DNA from: Chloroflexota bacterium
GTDB lineage: Bacteria > Chloroflexota > UBA11872 > VXOZ01
Assembly (NCBI GenBank): GCA_964291655.2
Contig: OZ219802.1
Location: 1,504,001 to 1,568,000, forward strand
DNA length: 64,000 bases
Direction of reading: 5' to 3'
The position numbers and the translations under genes were made by a program. The notes below the pieces were generated by a model. It was not told where the DNA came from, made no database searches, and saw only the letters and a list, made by a program, of their open reading frames with translations. This document shows positions 59,616 to 64,000 of the stretch, piece by piece; position 1 is the stretch's first letter, and each line of letters starts with the position of its first letter.

Positions 59616-61994
59616 ATGAATGTACAACAGCGACAACCGTTTCTCATCGATTTGATCGCGCTGGGTAGTTTCCTGCTCTTGGTGCTCGTCTTCTTTTGGA
59701 AGTCGGTCTTCGGGCTGGGAGTGATCGGCAGCGTTGACTTAATTGTGCGTTTCTACCCGTACAAGGCGTACATTCGCGACCTGATCAATCAGGGGGAGCT
59801 GCCTCTATGGGATCCCCTCATATACCTTGGTGCTCCTCTGCTTGCCAATATCCAGGCCGCCGTCCTCTATCCGCCGGACTTTCTCTTTACGCTCTTCTCA
59901 TTCCCTTCGGCACTCACGTGGAGTGTCGTGCTGCACATCTGGTGGGCATTGGCCGGAATGTACCTCTTCCTGCGGTATGGGTTAGGCACCACGGTCTTCG
60001 CTGCCTGGGTCGGCGCCTTGTGTTTCGGCTTAGGCGGTTTCTTATTGCCGCACATTGGACAAGTGAACGTACTGCACACTGCGGTCTGGCTTCCTTGGCT
60101 ATTGCTGTGTGCAATTCGCGCCAGCACATCACCAACTCCCACCTGGCTCATACTTGGCGGCATCGCTACCGCCTTCAGCTTCACAGCAGGGCATACGCAG
60201 GAATTCTACTACTCGATCCTCATCATGGGGTTGTTCTGTGCGTACTCAGCCTTAGTCTCCCCTAACGGAGAGTCATCGCGCTGGTGGCCGCTGTTTGTGC
60301 CGGTAGTCTTCCTCCTAATTGGCGGTATTTTGAGCGCAGCCCAGCTCTTGCCGACACTGGAGGCAGCGATACACTCCTTCCGGCGAGGAGGCCTGCCGTT
60401 AGAAGAATCAGCGGCGCTGGCAGTCAGTCCGAATGAGATATTGTTCTCTCTATTTCCTCGATATTGGGCTCTGCCTGGTATTGAAGTAGTTGGGTATATC
60501 GGTATAGGCGGCGCTATCCTTACATTCTTCGGTGCACTGCAAGTCACGCGGCAGCGTTGGGTGCTGTTCTTTATTCTCATCGCGTTGTTGGCCTTTGTCT
60601 TGGCTCTCGGTACGTACACACCGCTATTCACTGCCCTGCACACAGTCTTGCCGGGCTTTTCACTATTTCGTGTGCCGGCGCGCTGGCTTTTCCTCGTTAG
60701 CTTCAGCCTTTCGACGCTGGCGGCGTTTGGCGCAGACCGGCTCCGCGATGACCTGCGTCCGGAAGAACGGCGTCAACTCTCTCTGAAACTCCTTCTAGGG
60801 ACGTTGGTAGCTACAATCTTATTGGTCGCCTATATTGGCCGCTTATACCTCATCGGTTCCGAACAGTCGTTGCCGGATCCAAAGGTGGTTGTGTTCTGGG
60901 CAACTACTGCCGTCATCATCTATGCGACTATTCTCCTTGTTCTTCACCACGGCCTGGCTAATTTGCTGGCCTATCTCACAGTTGGAGGAATTGTGCTCGT
61001 AGAGCTCTTCTTTGCCTCCCGTCCCCTGGAATTCAATCAGGTGATGCCGCCGGAGATTTACACGCATTCAGAAACTACACAGCAACTCTCGCAACACTGG
61101 ACCGAAGCGCGCTACATCAGCATCGCGGCAGAACGCTTCCCTCTGGAGAATGAAGAAGCGCGAAGGCAAGAGCTACTAGAGTCGCTTTCCGAGGCCTGGG
61201 TGCAACCTGCCATCGTGTATGGCAAGTACAGCGACGAATTGCGGCCAAATCTCAATCTCCCATTGGGAATGTCGACTGCTGACGGGCACGATGGCGGTCT
61301 GCTTCCTAGCCGATACTACGCTGACCTGCGCGGCGCTCTGCTCAACGATATGGAGTTTCCGCCGCATCAAAGTCTATCGCTTGTTGAAAGCGACCAGATC
61401 GATGCGAGACTGTGGGGATTGGTCAGTGTACGCTACCTCGTCACCGACCACCAGCAAACCGAGCCGGGAACTGGGTGGGAGTTGATCGGCCAGGCCCGTA
61501 CAGACGGCCCCCTGCTATTCGAGAACAACGAGGTCTTGCCGAGAGCCTTTGTAGTCTATGAGACCGTGGTAGACGATGACCCGCTAAGGCTGCGGACTAT
61601 CGACGTGGCCCGACAAGTCCTTGTGGAACGACCGATTCCGGAGCTAGTCGGCGTCACCGGAGAGCCCGTGGCAGCGACGATAGTTTCAGAATCCGCGTTG
61701 CGCGTGGAAATTCAAGCGACGACGTCACAACCGGGATTGCTCGTGCTCTCCGATTCTTACTTTCCAGGATGGATTGCCACCGTCAACGGTAGCCCGAGGG
61801 AAATCCATCGCGTAGATATCGCCTTGCGCGGCGTGTTGCTGCCTTCAGGCGAGCATACCATCGTATTCGAATATCAGCCGCGTTGGTTCCAAATCGGCGT
61901 TGTCGTGAGTCTGATCGGCTGGCTGCTCGCGTTGGCTCTGCTCTTACCGCGACTCATGCGTCGGACTCCGAAGAGATTTCCAAATCGCATGTAG
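59616..61994 (+). CDS. YfhO-family (GT-C-like) polytopic membrane protein
   Basis: GELPLWDP..YLGAPL.AN, FRVPARW, N..VLPRAF and LVLSDSYFPGW.A.VNG. Confidence 0.85.
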   Translation: MNVQQRQPFLIDLIALGSFLLLVLVFFWKSVFGLGVIGSVDLIVRFYPYKAYIRDLINQGELPLWDPLIYLGAPLLANIQAAVLYPPDFLFTLFSFPSALTWSVVLHIWWALAGMYLFLRYGLGTTVFAAWVGALCFGLGGFLLPHIGQVNVLHTAVWLPWLLLCAIRASTSPTPTWLILGGIATAFSFTAGHTQEFYYSILIMGLFCAYSALVSPNGESSRWWPLFVPVVFLLIGGILSAAQLLPTLEAAIHSFRRGGLPLEESAALAVSPNEILFSLFPRYWALPGIEVVGYIGIGGAILTFFGALQVTRQRWVLFFILIALLAFVLALGTYTPLFTALHTVLPGFSLFRVPARWLFLVSFSLSTLAAFGADRLRDDLRPEERRQLSLKLLLGTLVATILLVAYIGRLYLIGSEQSLPDPKVVVFWATTAVIIYATILLVLHHGLANLLAYLTVGGIVLVELFFASRPLEFNQVMPPEIYTHSETTQQLSQHWTEARYISIAAERFPLENEEARRQELLESLSEAWVQPAIVYGKYSDELRPNLNLPLGMSTADGHDGGLLPSRYYADLRGALLNDMEFPPHQSLSLVESDQIDARLWGLVSVRYLVTDHQQTEPGTGWELIGQARTDGPLLFENNEVLPRAFVVYETVVDDDPLRLRTIDVARQVLVERPIPELVGVTGEPVAATIVSESALRVEIQATTSQPGLLVLSDSYFPGWIATVNGSPREIHRVDIALRGVLLPSGEHTIVFEYQPRWFQIGVVVSLIGWLLALALLLPRLMRRTPKRFPNRM

Positions 61995-62416
61995 TTCCGT
62001 GCGGCATGCCACATGGCGCTGACTGCAAAGGGTCGCGCCTTCACTCTCAGCAGGCGCCTGTACCACCCATGCCGATAGGCAATGGCCTCCTCTCCCCCTT
62101 GTATTGATGGGACTCCCAGGTTACACCTGCTCGGGCGCCGGGTTTCACCATTGCCCATGGAAAAACTCTTAGCTGGATCAGCACCATGCCTAACCCATGT
62201 CCCCCGCACAACTGTTCCCTCTCACCCCGCACTCCCCAGGGAGAAAGGAGCTTCTCGCCTGCCGGCGTGAGTTGTGCAAGAGTCTCCCGAGGGGGATAGC
62301 TTGAGCCAGCCCCAAACTCGATGCGGGGATGAGGAATCGGCCGAGGGCATAGACGTAGCAGAGTCGGAAGGCGCTGGCGTGACCGGCTCGAGCGCCCTCA
62401 ACTCACAGAGCAATTG

Positions 62417-63268
62417 CTACCTACCGGCCCGTGCCGCCGGCTCCGCGTGACGGGTTTCCATCTTGAGGTGTTCGCGGCAAAATGCCGCGGCCTGATGGAT
62501 GCGATCGCGCACCTTCTCGTCGTCGCGGCCTGCGTGAAGCGCAAAGGGGTGTAACTCCACAACGACAATGCCACCGAAGCGGCTGCGGCTTAGTTCGCCG
62601 AGAAAGTCGGCAAGCGGCAGGGTACCCTCGCCGGGAAAGAGGTGCTCGCGACCATTGTATTCGTCAGATAGATGGATGTGCTGCACTGTGGCGCTCAGTT
62701 GCTGCCACGCATCCAAAATGTTGATCTGCGAAACGCCAAAGTGTGTGGTATCCATCGTCAGCGCCGTGAAGGGGCGCATGGCATCCGGATGCCAGAATTC
62801 GTGAAAATCCCGCTGCAAGATGCCCAAGCGTTTCACTACCATTCGCGGCAGGTTCTCGACGGTGAGCAGGATCGGAGTCTGTGCCTGCAAGCCGGCAAGG
62901 TTTTGCTGCAGCCATTGGGCTAGGTCCGGCGTGCCCCGCGAAATCGGATGAATGACGACCGTGCGTGCCCCGACCTGTTCCGCCAAACGTATCGTCGCCT
63001 TGAGCGTGCTCGGGTAGTCGGCTCCCATCTCCGATATGGTTCGAAACGGTGCGTGAACGCTGTGTACAGGAATGCCCCACTGTTCAGTGAGTGCCTTAAT
63101 GTACTCCGCTTGGCGGGTGTCCCATCGGTTATCTACTATGATTTCCACACCGTCGAACGGGGAGCCCTGCATCAGTTCGAAGGTTCGCGCCAAGCCGTAG
63201 GTGTAGAGCGAGCCGGTGGAGAGTGTGAGATAGGGTGTTTGGACGGCGGAATTGCTTGCGTCAGACAT
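62417..63268 (-). CDS. Sugar phosphate isomerase/epimerase (xylose isomerase-like TIM barrel)
   Basis: SVHAP, VENLP, DTTH, HIHLSD, HLFPGEG and VVE. Confidence 0.85.
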   Translation of the reverse strand: MSDASNSAVQTPYLTLSTGSLYTYGLARTFELMQGSPFDGVEIIVDNRWDTRQAEYIKALTEQWGIPVHSVHAPFRTISEMGADYPSTLKATIRLAEQVGARTVVIHPISRGTPDLAQWLQQNLAGLQAQTPILLTVENLPRMVVKRLGILQRDFHEFWHPDAMRPFTALTMDTTHFGVSQINILDAWQQLSATVQHIHLSDEYNGREHLFPGEGTLPLADFLGELSRSRFGGIVVVELHPFALHAGRDDEKVRDRIHQAAAFCREHLKMETRHAEPAARAGR

Positions 63269-63630
63269 GTGTGCACGCCTCTTCAGGGTTCGGGGGACTT
63301 TGTCATGCGCCGTTATGCGCTCTTGCGCCGCACTGCTTCTCTTGCGGTAGATCAGCCAGCCACTGCGGCTACGGCGTGCCAGGCGGCGTCTATGCGACGG
63401 CAACTGTTTAGTACATTCCTTGCTACTTTCATTATAGCGACGTAACTCCCGACACGGCTATAGCATGAAGCACGCAAACATAGTCCACGGTGGACCGGCT
63501 AGCCGCATTCTGCCGGTGGATATTCTTGCAGCCCTTTGCCGGTCGCCCGGCTAGCCGCCTCTTGCCGCGGAGTCGGCATCTCGCTATCCTTCCTAGTACT
63601 AGCTTGAATTGCCTAAGGCCTTGCAGGGCT

Positions 63631-64000
63631 CATTGGTTGTGCCAAGGGGGGACTAGCCCCCGCGCTACGGTTGAGGCTAAGCTTCCGGGGACAGTTCCCG
63701 CTTTGAGCGTATTCACCCCTTTGGATGGATCGGGGCAGCGGGAAACACGAAGTTGAAAGCGAAGTAACGTAGGCATTGGTTGTGCCAAGAAGCGGGGGAC
63801 AAGCCCCCGCGCTACGGTTGAGGCTAGGCTGCCGGGGACAGTTCCCGCTTTGAACGTATTCACCCCTTTGAGTGGAACGGGGCAGCGGGAAACGCGATGT
63901 TGAAGGCGAAGTAACGTAGGCATTGGTTGTGCCAAGAAGCGGGGGACAAGCCCCCGCGCTACGGTTGAGGCTAGGCTACCGGGGACAGTTCCCGCTTTGA
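63631..64000. repeat. Tandem array of ~147-bp units, each with a GTAG-family REP; truncated by the window edge
   Basis: Units start at 63631, 63774 and 63921. Each has GGGGGACWAGCCCCCGCGCTAC, the same REP as at 55490. Confidence 0.9.

Noticed and set aside
63631-64000. Possible CRISPR array
   Set aside because: The sequence between palindromes is near-identical from unit to unit, so there are no unique spacers.

Overview
This is a GC-rich bacterial chromosomal window. Gene content and style suggest Chloroflexota, possibly host-associated (inference). Housekeeping genes (ispE, tRNA-Val(CAC), katG, rplI-dnaB, ybeY, thiI, dxr-rseP) are mixed with catabolic and transport genes and with defence/TA genes (GmrSD-like, Fic, HEPN-MNT, HigB plus HigA-ImmA). 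The most striking signal is non-coding. (1) A nested system of repeats and mobile elements: BoxC-like CCCTCTCCC/GGGAGAGGG hairpins are hit by a ~260-bp GAGACC...GGTCTC-ended element that carries new copies of the hairpin. These in turn host six near-identical 288-bp TGT...ACA MITEs (5-bp TSDs in four) and an IS1182-family IS. (2) A clear c-di-AMP (ydaO-type) riboswitch with promoter and terminator has no adjacent gene and is followed by C-rich, anti-Shine-Dalgarno-like hairpins, so it may control an sRNA. (3) An orphan cobalamin-riboswitch-like fold. (4) Several other REP families, some with tandem expansions that decay in one direction. (5) A decayed duplicate of the ispE 3' end. All calls are by eye; no database searches were run.
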